Source: Enoplolaimus lenunculus
Lineage: Eukaryota
Assembly (NCBI GenBank): GCA_030248215.1
Contig: JASANG010003338.1
Coordinates: 434,001 to 469,088, forward strand
Reading direction: 5' to 3'
DNA: 35,088 nucleotides
This document shows, piece after piece, positions 34,283 to 35,088 of the stretch; position 1 is the stretch's first letter; each line of letters begins with the position of its first letter. The position numbers and the translations under genes were made by a program. The notes beneath the pieces were generated by a model that saw only the letters and a program-made list of their open reading frames with translations, did not search any database and was not told where the DNA came from.

Positions 34283-35088
34283 TGTGACATGCGGATGTAT
34301 GAAGGCAAATAATAACCTCATGCTGATGCTGTACATCGGTAAAAACACTGCTGCATATGTAGTGCCTTCATATGCAGCAGCAGTAAAAACATAGAAGAAC
34401 CAAAATACTTGTGTATAATGTTGAGGTTCTTATAACGCATAAAAACAGAAACACTCAGCAGTTGATTGTGAGGCGGAGTGGCTCAGTTGATAGCACGCTG
34501 GACTGATAATCTGTCGATCCGAGTTCGAAACCTCCAGGGAGCGTTCCTCATTTTCAGCTGCTGAAAACATACAACTAAAAACTGTCGTACCCTAGCCAAC
34601 CCAATTTATCACATGGTTGTGACATGCGGAACATGGTTGTGACATGCGGATGTATGGAGGAAAATAATAACCTCATGCTGATGCTGTACATCGGTAAAAC
34701 ACTGCTGCATATGTAGTGCCTTCATATGCAGCAGCAGTAAAAACATAGAAGAACCAAAATACATGTGTATAATGTTGAGGTTCTTATAAGGCATAAAAAC
34801 AGAAAAACTCAGCAGTTGATTGTGAGGCGGCGTGGCTCAGTGGATAGCGCGCTGGACTGATAATCTGTCGACCGAGTTCGCAACCTATTGGGAGCGGCCC
34901 TCATTTTCAGCTGCTGAGAACTAAAAACTGAAAAACTGTCGTACCCTAGTCTACCAAACTTATCACATGGTGACCACGATGGGACCGCAATGGCAAACTG
35001 CCGCGGTAGAACCCTGAGGCGTTCAACAGACACACCGGAGCTCGGTGGCGCTCTGTTCCGCCAAATAATACACGTGAAGTTTACTGAT
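34283..35088 (+). mobile_element. Family C element: two tandem LTRs (34283-34613, 34638-34967), PBS (34968-34985) and start of the internal region
   Basis: Each LTR runs TGTGAC...ATCACA with A box TGGCTCAGT(G/T)G, B box GAGTTCG(A/C)AACC and a TTTT run; PBS TGGTGACCACGATGGGAC; the internal cgcaatggcaaactgccgcg is homologous to the family B internal region. Confidence 0.88.

Overview
Eukaryotic, AT-rich, intron-containing genomic DNA, most likely a nematode (nematode-type H2A.Z residues, frequent TTTCAG/TTTAG acceptors; inference). Three host genes can be spliced by hand with consistent phases and GT-AG sites: a SENP6/7-like SUMO protease (minus strand, 11 exons in the window, 3' end runs off the left edge), histone H2A.Z (plus strand, 4 coding exons, 133 aa) head-to-head with it, and a complete BTBD9 (minus strand, 13 coding exons, about 805 aa, Asn-rich tail). 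Between H2A.Z and BTBD9 lies a full-length TTAA-flanked piggyBac whose transposase has intact DDD residues and one 1-bp frameshift before the Cys-rich domain. Introns and intergenic DNA are dense with hAT-type MITEs (8-bp TSDs), Helitron/Helentron-like relics, a foldback element and an 18-bp satellite. The most notable system is a set of three families of tiny non-coding LTR retroelements (TRIM-like: TG..CA LTRs, PBS, PPT, 5-bp TSDs, solo LTRs) that carry a tRNA-like Pol III unit (A box, B box, T-run) in the middle of each LTR. These would be mistaken for SINEs or tRNA pseudogenes.
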